Assembly (NCBI GenBank): GCA_015680685.1 | Contig: MNCI01001941.1 | Location: 63,308 to 127,307, forward strand | DNA length: 64,000 nt | From: Gnetum montanum | Taxonomy: Eukaryota; Plantae; Gnetophyta | Direction of reading: 5' to 3' | In this document: one piece after another, positions 34,616 through 48,699 of the stretch | Numbering within the stretch: the first letter of the stretch is position 1 | How the letters are laid out: each line of letters starts with the position of its first letter | The notes under the pieces: generated by a model | What the model saw: the letters and a program-made list of their open reading frames with translations, nothing else | What the model was told of the DNA's origin: nothing | Database searches by the model: none | Program-made: the position numbers and the translations under genes

Positions 34616-37600
34616 CTAATTATGCAGTTTTTTTCTAACCCATTGTGGGGTAGGTGAAGCATATGGCTGAGAGGCTTTATTGTGGCATTCTTCTATGTCA
34701 TTGTCTACGGCCTGGAAAGGCAACTTGACCCACGTGGTTTCTTTATCTAAGTTGGCATTTTTGGCCAACTCATCAGTTAGGCAAGGGCTGTTAGCATGAA
34801 CATATGCTTTGTTCTCAAAGATTACTACCTCTTAACCCTGCTTCATGTTAACATTGTTTATGTCTTGGGTAGCCGCTTCATCACCGTAGATCACTACCTC
34901 CCCACCCGCATAGGGTAGGTGGATCTCTTGATGTATCGGTGAAGAGACAACCCTTAATTAGGCTAACCATGACCTCCCCAAGATCAGGTTGAACCCAGGC
35001 ATCTCTTCCATCGCAATGAAGACTGCGGTTGTGGGGAACTGGTCCCCTACCACAAAGTTAATGTGAACAATCCCTTTTACCACTACGCGCACTTCGTTGA
35101 ACAATTTCAAGCACGAAGTTATCATGGGCTTGATTTTATCAACCAAGCCCAATTTTTCCACTATGGAAAATGGGATGATGTTGTTAGTAGCACCGTCATC
35201 AACATGTACCTTTCAAATCTTGTACTAGCCGACTTGAATTATGATGAACATGGATGCTGTCATCACCTAATCCTTTGCAAGGTCATCCTTAATGGACTTA
35301 TCGTGAAATGTCAACTAAGCTGGCCACAGTTCTTTGGCCGTAGAGGAAAGCATGACAGCATGGATTTCTTTCTCTTCAACTAGCATGTTTTCGGCAACTA
35401 GGATGGATGCTAACATGTGAACCATGGCATCACGATATATTATGGAAGTCATTATCAAGTCATACAAGCTTAAAGTTGTGTTTTTCTACTTCAGGGCTTG
35501 TTTAAGGGCATTGAAAAGGTCTTACCCACTGTCTTGTTTTTTGCTACCTCTTTCCTCCTCTATTCATCCTAGAAGACAAATCTCTCAAGGGGGAGTGGTT
35601 CAAAGTTGAGAACTAGGCTTTCTCAGGCAAGAAGGTGATGATTGCATGCATGCATTGTCATCAGTTGTTGATGGTGATGGGGCCATGGGCATTGAGACCA
35701 AGGGGCCATGGGCACTGAGGCCAAGGGAGTAGGCTTTGGAGGACCTAATGCGGTACGTTCCTTAGCCATCTTGTCTACTAAATGCTCTTCCCATTTTTTC
35801 GAACGGGGAGGCTATGGTGTAGTTTTTGTTGCCTAACTTTATGTGGTAGAGGAGCTTGGATGTTTTGGCACCTTAATGAAAAATGGTGCCTATTGTGTTG
35901 GTGTGGGTGGTGGTGCAACTTTGAGCACAAAGGGAGTAGGGGTGGATGTCTGATGAGGAACTCTAAGGACAAATGGATCTTGCGACGTTGTTGTTGTTGT
36001 TGTTTGCATTTCTACACTACAAGGAGGTACATGCACCATGAATGGTTGTTGTGGTGGTTCTGGATTACTATCAATGCCAATAACGTTGATGGTATACCCT
36101 GCGTTGTTAGTGTTTAGGGGGTCTTTGTAAACATGCATTGACTGGTTTTCAGGATGAATGGAACTACTTTCGTCCAAGACCAACTTTCCCTAATCGATCA
36201 TGCATTGAATATCATCTTTCAATGCTAAAAAGTAGTCCATATCATGACCACACAATTGGTGATAGTCACAGAAATGTTCCAACCTGAAATTATTTGGGAC
36301 TGGAGGTTCATTGGGCATAGCCAAGGAGGGGTTCTGCAAAACTTCATAGTACCTTCGATGGCATTTGATTACCTCCTCCGACATCTATTTATGCTGTATA
36401 CACCCAGCTCCCAATAGTTGCTTCAGACGTTCTAAAGGCTTAATGGGTAAGGGGGTATACTTGGAGTGATCTTTAAGCTCAAAGTTGGGCCTAGGCTTGG
36501 TTGGCACCTCATGTGCTAATGTTGAAGGCTAACTGGTGTTGCTTGAACTAGGTGTGGCACTGGGTGCTATGGCTGACTTCTTGTTGTTGTTGTTGTTGGA
36601 CTTGGTCTTGTTGGCCACAGTGGCCACCATGGTTGTTGCAGCCTTGCCCTTTTCTTTGTATTTCTTGATATGTGTCTTTTTGTATGTGACATAGGTCGGG
36701 TTCTTACTAGCTTTAGTCGTGTCCTAGATGCTCTTGGTCTAAGCAAAGGCTTGGCTAAGGGAGCGTAGAGCTAGGTAATAGAGCTTAGACTTAATGAAGT
36801 CATTTATTACTTCCTTGAAAATGGCCAACAAGTGGGCCTCAACAATAGGCTCGCATATCTCATTCAAGGTTGTGCTCCACTACTGTATGAATCTTTGCAC
36901 AAATTCTAGCAGGTCCTGCTTAACACTCATGAGCTGGTCCGGTGTGACCTCTAATTTCATGTTGTACTTGAAGTGAGTCACAAATTGGCTTAGCAGCTCT
37001 TCTAAGGTGGAAATGGAGGCACATGGGAGTACACGGTACCAATCTAGAGCTTTTCCTATCAGATACATGGCAAAGACATGAATGATGGTGTGTGGCCATG
37101 GTTGCAACAATATAGATTCGGGCCTAAACATTACCAAGTGCACATTGGGATCAACCTCCCCATTGTATTTTGTAAATTGGGGGAGTGGCACCCTAGGGGG
37201 TAGCATGAGCATGTGGATAGTTGAGCTGATAGGGTGATCATGGTAAAATTCCATGACTTGCATGATCTCAGAACCAGTTTCCTTGAGGCGTTTTATTTCC
37301 TCGGTGAGGTTCTAGATGAGTTGAAAGGCTTGATATAGACCTGGGGATGTTGCAAATGGTTACAGCATTGCCTAAGTAGCCATCATTGGTGGTGTTGTAA
37401 AGGTAGTAGCCTAGCCCATGGGGGGCACCATTAGGGCTGCTCCAACAAGTGCTGTTGCCTGGACAGTCCACAACCCAATGGATGGTGCTATTGGGGTGGT
37501 AGCCATTGGTGGCGTCATGGGGTTGGCTGCTTGCCCGATTGGCAGGGCAGCCCACACCCCTTCGTTTTGCTGTACTACGTGAGGAAGCTGGTATGCCTGG

Positions 37601-38440
37601 GGTTGCATGTAGTGTGACATCTGATATGGTTGTATAGTAGGGAGAGAAGTGATTGGTTCCCACCACATGGTTGAGAGTGGGTTTGCTACTAGCAATGGAA
37701 TGGATGCAAGTGAGGGAACAGGAGTGCATCTCACATGGAATTGTGTCATAGGAAGAGTGTGCATATATGGCAACATAGCCATGACTAATGTTGGGTACGA
37801 TGCTGGGACAGACTGGAAAGGGATGGTTGACTAGGAAAGAACTTGAAGGGCCCACTTACTAGTACATTGGAAACATTGGGTGACTACCCATTGCGAAAGA
37901 GGATGTGGGTTGTGGTGAGGTTGTGGCCACCATGAAGGGGGTAGAAGCAAAGAGTGGGTTCAACCGAAAGATAATGGTGGGAGGGATACCTGTGGCATAG
38001 GTCTGGCCACCACCTTTAGAGTGGAAGTCCAAGTCTTCTTGTTCGTCCTTGCATGCTTCGTCGGAATGGGATGTTGTGTCCCATTCCTTGGACCTACTTA
38101 CTTGCATCAGCTAGTTTAACACCCAATGATATGCTTCAGTTAGCAAGCTGGTGATGTTAGGGGTAGGGATGAACTCCCTTCCATTCCAGTGGAGGAACTC
38201 AAAGTTATGTTTATCCTCGAGTTCCTGGTGATCCAAGGGTAGATTCACCTGGACTTTTGCGAAGAGGAAATCATATCGCTCTACGTCTTGCATCAAATGC
38301 TCAGGTGATAGGTGTCGTAGCCTAAGGGACTGTCATGGTGCTAGCATCGGGCTGGGTGGTTGCTTGAGACCCATTACATGCTGGACAGAGTAAGGTACCT
38401 CTAGGTCTGAGGTGGAAATGGTAGTGGTTGCTGGAATCAT
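34616..38440 (-). pseudogene. gag-protease ORF of element D, ending at a stop (…PYASPTPQWVRKKLHN*)
   Basis: 36880-37263 PQFTKYNGEVDPNVHL…KALDWY; 36190-36384 CDYHQLCGHD Zn-knuckle-like motif; protease VHVDDGATNNII (~35180-35210) and FNLILGRSWL. Confidence 0.92.
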
Positions 38441-38796
38441 TTTCTATTGTAAAAATGGAAACTGTAAGAGAGAGAGGCTAAAAGTGGGTGCACTAGGAAG
38501 TGTCGAAAGCTAACCTCCTTCACAGTTACACTTGCTATCCTAAGCAAGACTATTACACTAAGGGGCTCACTATGCCACACGAGATGCAGGCAGCATAGCG
38601 TAGTCAATGAAGTAATTGCGGTACAGTAAGTGGTTGGAGACTTTCGTCCTACTGGGTTCTAGGGAAATCGTCATTGCGACCAATCTATACCACATAGCAT
38701 GTAGACAACCACAAGGACATCATGTCTATGCTAGTAGTTGATGGGGTACAGACAACATGCAGGATTACCCATGATACATAGAAAGGGCATAAAGGG

Positions 38797-38813
38797 CCCT
38801 CCTTCTAGTGCCA
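38797..38813 (-). promoter_or_regulatory. Primer-binding site of element D (TGGCACTAGAAGGAGGG, Tat-type)
   Basis: On - it follows the LTR end …GTCGCTACA after a 5-nt spacer and resembles the TGGCGCTAGAAGGAGGG PBS of Tat-lineage elements. Confidence 0.8.
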
Positions 38814-38818
38814 AAAAT

Positions 38819-41000
38819 TGTAGCGACCAAAAACATTGGTGGCTAGAACACCGAGAGGTCATTGAGAGTATAGCCTAACCCCGAATCCATGTGAGGGTTA
38901 TGCTGGGGTAAACGAAAGCAGGGCATCCTAAACGGTCTAGTCAATCAGACAGGGACTTAGTCGATGTACAATAACCTTTTTGTAAACATTTGTCTTAAAA
39001 TTATTATGCGTAAGTTAAGTGACAAGTGACAAGTGTAAACTGATGGAGAACAATGCAAAATATGATAGTAGCAAAAAAAATGAAATAGGCTTGGGTGAGA
39101 AAGTGCACCATCCCAAGATCAGGGGATTTGATCTTTGCTTGGCTGAAGGTGTACAACTAATGCACAGTGTGGACAGGCACAACTTACAACGAAGCGGTAT
39201 GATCACAGCTCCTTGTACTGCTATCAAAAACTTGCTAACAGGGGCCTTCTGCTTGCTAGTCTACTTGCCAAAGCTAATCACCAGAGAGCTAAAATGTCAA
39301 AATGCCAATCTCTGAAGCCATCTGCTAGAAAGATGATTCTCAAAGCCAACAATGCCAAAAGCCAACCACGCTCAAGAAATCCAACCATGCTAAAAATGCC
39401 AGAAGCCAACCCCTTGAACATTGTTCACTAGGGTATTTATAGGACCAAGAACAAGAGAAAAATGTGGTTTGGACGCCATGTGTCCTAGATCCCATAGACT
39501 GCAAACATGACTATGCCATGCTGCTATGTAATGATGGATGTAAAGCCTGCTACGCTATGACCATACCATTCAAGCTGCATGTGCCAGAGTCTAGTGAACT
39601 GTCATGTTTGTTACAAGGAATGCTAATAGTGAATGCAAAGTGGAGCTTGTCTCCAGGACTATGTCTTCCCTACTCTTACGGGCAGGGTCAAGTGTAGGGA
39701 CAACCTTGGGGACAGTCACGGGGCTGCAAAACAAAGAAAACTTGCTGATCCTGCCTATTAAAGAGATGCTAGGATGAGAGTAACCATTGTCAACAACATC
39801 TGGAGCTAACCTAAGATGTCTTGATGCTTCCAGGTGAGTGTTACACTATTTACACTTCCCAGTGTATCAACGTAGTGTCAACACCTACATGCTATGTTGT
39901 GCTATGCTATGTAGCATAGAATAATGTAGCCACCAATGTTGAAAGAAATCCTACCTGAAAGTCAAGAATACATGTCTGAGGCCTGGCTAAGTAAGTAACT
40001 ACAACCCTATCTCTCATGTTAAAAGGTCTTGGTACCTACTGAGTCCATCTTTGGGACACATTGATGCTTTGTGTCCTTGCTATGCTATGCTATGCTATGT
40101 AGCGTAGCACAGCATAGCAACCAATGTGACATACAGCCTTCTCTGATCTGCAATGCTTTGTCAAGAAAAGTTGCTTGGAGCCCAAGGGTGAAGTGGGACA
40201 GGTAGTCTTGGAGGTTTGAATGTGGCCAAGTGCAATTCCCTTGCTAGGAATCAATTGGCGAAGGACCTTCATGCATTCCGTCCTTGCTACACTATGCTAC
40301 GCTGTGTAGAGTAGCACAGCGTAGCACCTAGTCTAGCTCGAATTCTAACTTACTTTGCAAACATTTTATCATAGAATGTTAGTCATGTCCTGGCGTGGCA
40401 GTAGAGAAAAATTGTTTGACGGTTGAAGCATGGACAAGTAGGCTTACTCCATCAAAGCCATCTGAGTAGAAGTATTATAAAGTTCATCCCTGCTACGCTG
40501 CATAGCGTAGCATAGCATAGCACTCAAATGAAGAGGATTCTTGATAAAACTTGCCACATTTTGCTACGTCACATTGCTCATGCATCAAGGGTGAAGTGGG
40601 GCAGATATCCCAGAGGACTGAGTCACTGTCAATTTGCATCTTTAGTGCTCGATCTTCCCAAGACCTTCTACGCTGTGCAATGTAGTGTAACATAGCAGGT
40701 CTTGTAGTTAGAAAACTTGCTGAACTATTTCGCTCATCCTGAACACTTTTGGCAGCTCCTAGCATGGTCCCTGGGTACACCGTGAGCTAGGTCAAGTGTC
40801 AAGCTGGGAAGGCTAGAGGGTGTAGCAAGCCTATCAGCCCCTACGATAGAAAATTTGCCGAACTATACAGTCTACCCCTAGTGCCTCTTTCATGCAAACT
40901 GGCCTTGTGGCTGGGTGCCACGTTGATTGTGCTGCAAAGGTTGGCAGGTAAGCTCGAAAGTAACTTTGCAGGAATTAGGACTTCCGGGGTACCTTGTTAT
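38819..41000 (-). repeat. 5' LTR of element D, truncated at ~41000
   Basis: Colinear with 17873-~20040; differences are mostly transitions; homology is lost after …ggacttccggggtaccttgttat. Confidence 0.92.
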
Positions 41001-43094
41001 AGGCTTCCTTATCCTAAATAGTAGTGTTAACCTTTTTTTAATATTCATGCACTATAGCCTTATAACATCCTTTCATCATGCTCCACAATCAAGTCCATTG
41101 AATGTAATACATCTCATTCAATGGGAAAACCATTAAGTCCATCAAGTGTAACACATCTCATTTGATGGAAAAGCCATTACATCAACTGGAAGTAACACAC
41201 CTCATCTAGTAGGAAAATCATGTCAAAATCAACCTTGGTAAAGAAATCTAATGAAGGCTTCACCCCACAAAAAAATGGAGCAGATTTCCAAGAAGCTAGA
41301 TGGCCAAAGAAAATCAAAGAATGAACCTATGGCTCCAAACATATAAAGGGAGGAGCCTATCTACTAAAGAAACCTTGGGGTAAGGTGTTAGATCCTTAAA
41401 TGCATTTTCCGAGTGACCAACATCTCAAATCACTAATTGACCAACATGTCAATGCCATAGCCATGATGTCAACTATAGAATGCATTGTCAACTCTCACAA
41501 CCATTTTCCTAGGACCTCATTACCATCATCTCATTATAGCCTTATCCCATCATCACAAGCACTCTTTGACATGGTTCGACATGACTAAATCAAATGTGAA
41601 GAGGAAACATCGGTGATGAACCTACAATGGTGTTTGTTATTATTTGTCAATGCCTCTCAAGTTAATTCTCTAGAAATCAACAAAGAGGGGCCAATGAAAC
41701 ACCACCAAATTCATATGTTGTAACCTTTGTAACCCCATCCCAGGAAACTTAAGATAAAACTTCTTTGTAAATGGGAAAATTGTAACCCATGAGATGCAAT
41801 CTCACATACTTTATACTTTTGGGCTTGAAAATTTCCTTATAAGTGGTCCAAGCCTCATTTCTCAAGTGAAAAAAGTCATATAATGTCTATATTTGGGCTT
41901 TGGAAGGTTAAAAATGCCTTTTGAAAAGCCAAAATTGGCATTTTTATGGGTTTTATGGGGGGGCATTTTCTACGCTAAAGACACCTACATTGAGGTATAA
42001 CTCATCTACCCCCAGTGTGGAGGGATGTGATGGCATATATTTCCAACATGGAGGGGTGTGATAGCATCTATGCTCAGTGTAGAGGGGTTTGTCATCACCC
42101 ATGCCTAGCATGGGGAGTATAGCCCTTACCCCACAACATTAATTCAACATGGCCAAGATCTTAACATAGCACCAACTCCAACAAGGATCTTGCATGTCAA
42201 CATTGTAGTTGGAAGGCCCAACGTGGGTGGAAAAATCCAACATGGATAAAATTCTCGTTTACTATTTTTAGTAAATAAAATGGATATGGGGATATGACAC
42301 TTATCATATATAGTAACCCCCCTTGATTTCAACATCCACCTTGCCTAAGTATAGTAGAAATTTGTAGCCAATTTTTTAGCAATTTGCAACTAAGCTTGCA
42401 ACCAAATTAGTGACCAAAAACCTATAAAACCTAGGTACAAACACCATTTACAAGCTCCACACTTTGGCACTATGGGTGCTTGAGAGCTCTTACAACCTTG
42501 CAAAAACGTAGCTTCTCAAACCCCCATAGCATGTTATCCCCCCTTGAGATCTATGAGCCTTTGGATCCACACTAAGCTTCTGAGAACCACAAATCCTAAT
42601 GCTTCTCACTCTAGTAGCCCAAGTCCCTCACACCTCTCATCCTCCTACATCAAAAACATAGTAGATCTAGTATGGCAATAGTAAAGGTTCCAAAGCACTA
42701 ACAGTGGCAAGACCTCTGGATTGTGGAGTTGATTGTAGCAACTTCAACAGATCCTAAACCCTCATAGAAGGGAACCTTCCCCTTGCTACAATAGACCATA
42801 TTATACATATTTTTTGTACTTCCTTTATTTTTCTAAAATAAAATTTGTAATTCCATTGATGTACAAGTTTCATTCATCAAATTTATTTTGGCACAATTTA
42901 CATTCAAATTTATATTTTGCATTTGCATTTTTGTTACCACATTTTTCATGTTGTAAGTCCATGGGTGATCTATCAGACCATCTAGAGCACTACAGATCTT
43001 ATTTTACTTGCAAAGTCCCTAGAGATCTAAGGTTAAAAATTTTGTCACTAGGAATTCTCAATTCCTCTAGCAGGTGAGATTTTCAATGACAACA
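41000..43094 (+). repeat. Family-1 LTR (5'-truncated), probably the 3' LTR of copy B
   Basis: 41700-42790 aligns with 57840-58945; 41620-41710 is the reverse-complement homolog of D-LTR 20120-20210; it ends …TTTTCAATGACAACA with no PBS after it. Confidence 0.7.
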
Positions 43095-43824
43095 CACTCC
43101 TAGGATTACCAAGCATTAATATATTATGCTCAAAGTGATTGTACTTATGTTAATTACAATTATAATGTTAAATATTTAATAACAATAAAGTAAATTACAT
43201 TCAAAGTAAATTGATAGAAAGTAAAGTTAAACTAATCCAAGTTTCATAATGAAGAAAGAAATCTTCATTTTATTGTTATTCATGCAACTGTGTTCACATA
43301 CATGTTACACTCAAATAAAATGCCATACAAATTCTTTAATCCATGCTATAAGGACTCAAAGAAAAAAAATTTCTAACTTCTACTAAAAGAAACAAAAGAG
43401 TTTGACTAAGGGAATGACCGAATAGTACTGTAAACATGAAGGGTATGTGCATTTATATAAGCAATAACTACATTAGTGTCAATGTACCTACATTAACACA
43501 TCTTAAGATGCATCAATGGGTATACATTGATAGGGTTGTTTCAACATCCATGCATTGATACAGTCACCTTATTGATGTTTTATCGTACCCCCATGATTAA
43601 CTGAAAACTCATCCTCAAGTAAAAAAAATGGGATTAAGTTTCTTATAAAATTTGGAAGAGTATGGAACTTTATTAACTAACTGAATAACTAACTAATTGA
43701 CTAACTAACTCTAAGTACCATATTGTATGGATTACAAAATTGATGCAAATTACAACAAAATTGGACACTTTAGACAAAAATAGCATGAGCTTATTGAATG
43801 GATGGAAATAAGATGAAGTATTTA

Positions 43825-46627
43825 CATAGTGCCTAGAGGTGGAGGCTCTTATGAATATGAGGGTCCATCACATCCCAATGCTACTGGAGATTGTGGTTAT
43901 TCTATTGCTACTACCAAAACTTTGAAAGCATATAGGAGTGCCTTCATTTTCTTCTCTTTATCATGTGGGTCATAAATGGTCTAGGCTACTTCACCTAGAT
44001 GTGCTAGTGCTAGAATATTCCACAAGGACGATAGTGATAGAAACATTTCCTTCATATTTACAAGCTAGGGTGTCAATTTTTTACATTCAAAGTTAAGCAT
44101 ATGAACAAGGTTTTGTAGCTCTTGATGCTCACTTATTCTTATGGCTAGGTTCTCAGCAACAAATCATTGATCCATGAATTTTCTCTTGAGAACCTCAAGC
44201 TCCATGTTGGTCATCTCTACCTTTTGTTTTGTCTCCTTCTAGAGCTTAGACTCTATCATATAAAGGATGTAAGAGCTAGCAACCTATTTTTCTAGTAAAG
44301 GTTAACATTGTCAACTTTGCATAGTAAAGGTTAATGAGCTCTATATATTCAATCATCTCTTCAATTTGCAACTTCTTCATGTAGATCTCTACTTGATTGT
44401 ATGCATTAAGTTCATCAAATATGAGCTTCCATGCATCGCTTCTTTGTTAACGTTGTTGGATGACCTCATTTACATTTACCTTGGCTAATTTGATTTCTTT
44501 CTCATTAACCTCTTTAAGTATTCTAGCCTAATTTCTATAGTGATTTTTTTCTCTTTCGAACTTCAAGCCTTCATTCTTTCAAGTGGCAATCTTAATGTCT
44601 ATCTTTGGAAAAGGGTCCAAACCTCTTCCATCAAGAGATTTTAGTTCTCTATAGACAACCTTCTCATATTCAAGTTTACCTTTGCAAGTTATTTCTACTA
44701 CTCGTAAATATATTCTACCATCTAGTCTTTCTGGTACTCAGCATTACATAGGTAGTGATTATTAATAGTGAGTGCCAGGTTTTCCTTCCAAACTTATGAG
44801 GGATCATAGTTAGTGTTTTTGTTCATGACTTCTAATGTAGATACCTCGAACATTGTCATCTCCTTTGCATTCTTATCCTCTTGGTATTTTTGTTAAAGCT
44901 ATTGAAAAGCTTCATCTCTTATCATATCTAGCTTAATAATTGCTATATCATAGAGACAGGATCTTAGTTCCACAACCTTAGTGGCCAACTAACGATTGCT
45001 AGGTGGCCATCTCAAGTTACGCATTGGAAATTAATAATTTACCCCTCATCTCTAGTAGTTGTGAATGGATTGTTGATATATGGTCCAAGAGATTAAAGAT
45101 CTCTGAAAGTAATTGTCTAGCTTCCACCAGTTATTCCAACACTTTCTCATGTTGGGTAACACTCATCTGTCTACTCCCTACTCCTACTAATGCATGTATG
45201 TCTATCATGGTAACAATGTTAAGTACAAATGTAACATGAGCATTTAGGACTTCACCAACTTAATTTCCCACCACCTATACTGCTATCTCCTAGTCCTTGT
45301 GTGGCATGACTAAGACCATTGTCCCTTTTCCTTCCTTTATCATGACAAAGAATTCTGCTATATTCCTAGAGATTTTGGAAAATGCTTATTCTTGGATGAA
45401 CACAGTAACTTCTCTAGTACTAGAATTAGGATGGATGGATGTCTAGTTTCTTTGTGCTAAGAATAGTGATGTTGTCTCACTATCTAGATAGTTGATAGTT
45501 CTTATGACCTCATTTAAATGACTCATGACTAGATAATATATGGATAATTTTCCACAATCTCTAAAGGTTTGATGTTGTAGCTATTACTCCGTAAGTTTTT
45601 GGAGATGTTTAGCAACTACAAGAATCTCTAGTATTATCTCTAGTGCTACCATTGGTGGTGGTGATTCTTGTTATTCTTCTTCTTGTAGCTTGGCAACCCA
45701 ATGATGCAACAGGACTATGGTGGATCATATCATTGTAATAGCAAGCTATTCCTCCCCTTTTGCATAGTTTCCTAATTAGGAATGGAAAGTAACATGTCTT
45801 CCTATCCTTCTCATTCTCCTTGAAACATTTCTCTATCTTAAGGAAGATGAGTTGTGGAAGGTTAACATAGAATTTTCCACTTATAGCTACACATGCCCTA
45901 ATGAAGAAGGTTATGATCTTTCTTGGCCTCACCTTGGATTAAGATGATAGGTTGCAATCTTGAAGTAGGGTCTCTCTGCCTTGGTTAGAGAATGGTGCTC
46001 CTTACAATTTACTTCATAGCATAGCTAGATGTATTCCTTCTTAACTTCTGGATCTACCTACATGGATACTATCACTAGCTTTGCCCTAGTGTTTGGTAGA
46101 ATAAGAGCTTTTACAATGGTCTCAACTAAGTAGAAGATGGTGATGTCTTTGATTTCAACTAAGGCATCTTCTTGTTGGTTGTTCTATAAGAGTTATATTT
46201 CCCCCATATACCACTCCCCGCTATTGGAAAAAATGAACCACAAAAGAGACCCTTACAACTTTGTTCAAATCTCTTCTAGTGTCAGCTTTAGGAATGGCTT
46301 GAAGTTTAGCTCCTACAAAATGGAGCTTTAGCTCTTCCTAATTTGGATCTTTTCCAAGTAGACTTTTGTAAGTGTGACCTTCAAATTAGGTCTTATTCTT
46401 AGGACCTCATCCTACTTGAATTGTTCTATCTCTATAGTAGGAATCTACCTAAAAGATTCCACCTCTAGCTCCTTCCATAAAGGCTTGGTAGCATGTCTAG
46501 CTTTGGCTTCTTGCTTCTAGGGTTGTTGTTGCTACTATTGTTGTTGTTGATAGCTCCTTCCTCCTTAGGGTCACTTTTCCCTAGGCTACAATAGCCCTCC
46601 TACCTATGGTCCTCTTTTGGGTACCAT
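43825..46627 (-). pseudogene. Athila 'env-like'/ORF1-type accessory ORF with a long coiled-coil tail (degenerate)
   Basis: ORF 45609-45932 ISGKFYVNLPQLIF…YFPFLIRKLCKRGGI resembles the Athila ORF1/plant-transposon-protein C-terminal motif (G..IN…FP.LI..LC…G); E/K/L-rich frames lie downstream. Confidence 0.65.
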
Positions 46628-48699
46628 TTGTGATGACAAACATAACCCCAAATTAGCTCTTAGGCATAACCTTTATTCTCACTAGATACTTTCTTTGTTA
46701 GATGGGATCATGTTTTCTTAGTTAGATGTTAATTTTTTCTTTGATGATCATAGGCTTATGATATTATTTTATTCCCATTCTAAAAAATTTTGATTGTTGA
46801 TACTAACTCTTGTGATCATTAATTTAATATTATTTTAATATCGTATGCATGGGAGTTAGAAAACTTTTCTATGAAAAAATTTGTTTTGATGCCCCCACAA
46901 CATAAACCATACCTTTCGAAGCTTAAGGATAAAAGAACAAGTGAATTCATGTATGTGGTTTAAAAGTTAGAACTCTTGGAAGGTTCTTAGGCTCTAAGAA
47001 ATGGTGAAAAATCCTCTAGTGTTTGGAAGAAATGGTGAAAATTAAGCTACAGGTTACACATATATATAGTTTTTTCATCATGCATTAATGAGGCTCCATC
47101 AACTCAGCCTACTACATCAACAAGGATGCATCAACATAGCTATTTTTAACTTGGATTTTCACTTTGAAAATTGAGAAATTTTGAGTGAGTTTGAAAATGA
47201 AACAAGAGCCAAATGAAAGCCAAAAAGATGTAGAATCATAGCAACAACATGAAAGAGGATATGTTTTACCAAATAGAAGTACTGAGAGTACATTGGATGA
47301 GTTTTGAGAGAATATTTTGATGTCAAAATAGAGAAAAAACTAAATGTTTTTATGCTATCAAGATAATCCAATATATAATCAGCCTGCAACTAGGAAATTT
47401 AACTTAAGATAAACCAAAGGAGACACTAGTGGTAATCTCCAAAGTAGACATATTTATAATAAGCCCTTGCATATCCTCATTGCAAGGAGTCCATAGGCAC
47501 CAAGGATGATGAATTATTAGTTTAAGTTAAGTTTCCTACCCATACGAGGGATTATCCTAGGATTATGTAGACTAGAAAATAAAATTATTAATTTACCATG
47601 GTATGAGGCAATGAAGTGATAACTAGTAGAATGAGTAAATGGGAGATAGAGAATAATGGATAGGTTATTTTCATCCTAGTCACGTAAGATCCAAAGTGAA
47701 TTATGTGATTAAGTTGATCTAATACCAATCTATTTCAAGTCTAGACCAAATCCATTCTAATTACAATGACCTCACATTGACATGTTCCTCGTCTTCTATA
47801 ATCAAGAGTCTATGAAAACCATAGAGAACAACCATCACTCCAAGTAGAAAAGGAAAAGAGAAGAAGGAATCAGGTAGATCCTTAGTTAGAGTGGTGCCTT
47901 CAAGCATGGGTAGCATGTCTTTTAAGCCTTATAACTAGTTCGTATAACCCATGAAATTATCTAAGAGATGTTCTTTAAATTTTTGTTACTATTTTTTTTT
48001 TTACTAGAACCACATCATGTAAAGACATGCTTTCTTTTATGATTAATAATAGGAGTGATGGTATACCAATGAGGAGTCATAGACTTAAGAAGGAATTTGA
48101 GACTAGAACATATCAAATCCCCTTGAGGTTATACCCTTTTTCATTCCCATTTGGTCCTTTCCTGGTTCATTAGGTAACAAGATCACTTGTTACTTTTAGT
48201 TTTAATGTGAAAGAACCTTCACGATCCCATGATGTAGAATTCATATGGAATAAATGAAATGGGTGGATGTCATGAGCTCACTACCTAATACCAACAAAAA
48301 ACTAACAAATTTTTAGTAGAAAACATAATGCAAGGACACATTGGCCTATTGTAATTCAATAAAAACTTTAATAGCTACATTCAAATACTTCCAAAATTTC
48401 ATAGTAGTAATGGAACAAAATTCAATATTTCAAATAAGAGTAATTTAAACCACAAGAAAATAATAAAGAAAAGGAAAATATATAAAATAATCAATCAAAT
48501 ATTTAAAAAAATGGAAAATAAATAAATAACATTGTAAAAGAAAAAGAAGAAAATTCTTGTATCCTCATCAAGATTTATGGTATATGGATATCTTCCCCAC
48601 AACTAAGTTGAAGGGAGAAGAATTTGAAAAATAGAGAGTGCTTGTTTTTGATTAAATGTGTTAGTGTTGCTATTGGTTACTCAAGATTCCTTAAATGCT

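Larger units (their letters stand above)
17873..41000 (-). mobile_element. Tat/Ogre-like Ty3/gypsy element, family 2, copy D (near full length, >20 kb; distal part of 5' LTR lost)
   Basis: Two LTR copies (17873-21497 and 38819-~41000), PBS at 38797-38813, gag-PR 34616-38440, pol 21898-25335, PPT-like tract at 21498. Confidence 0.92.

Noticed and set aside
37268-37855. 195 aa ORF on - overlapping gag
   Set aside because: Alternative frame of the low-complexity Pro/Met-rich gag N-terminus; no independent support.
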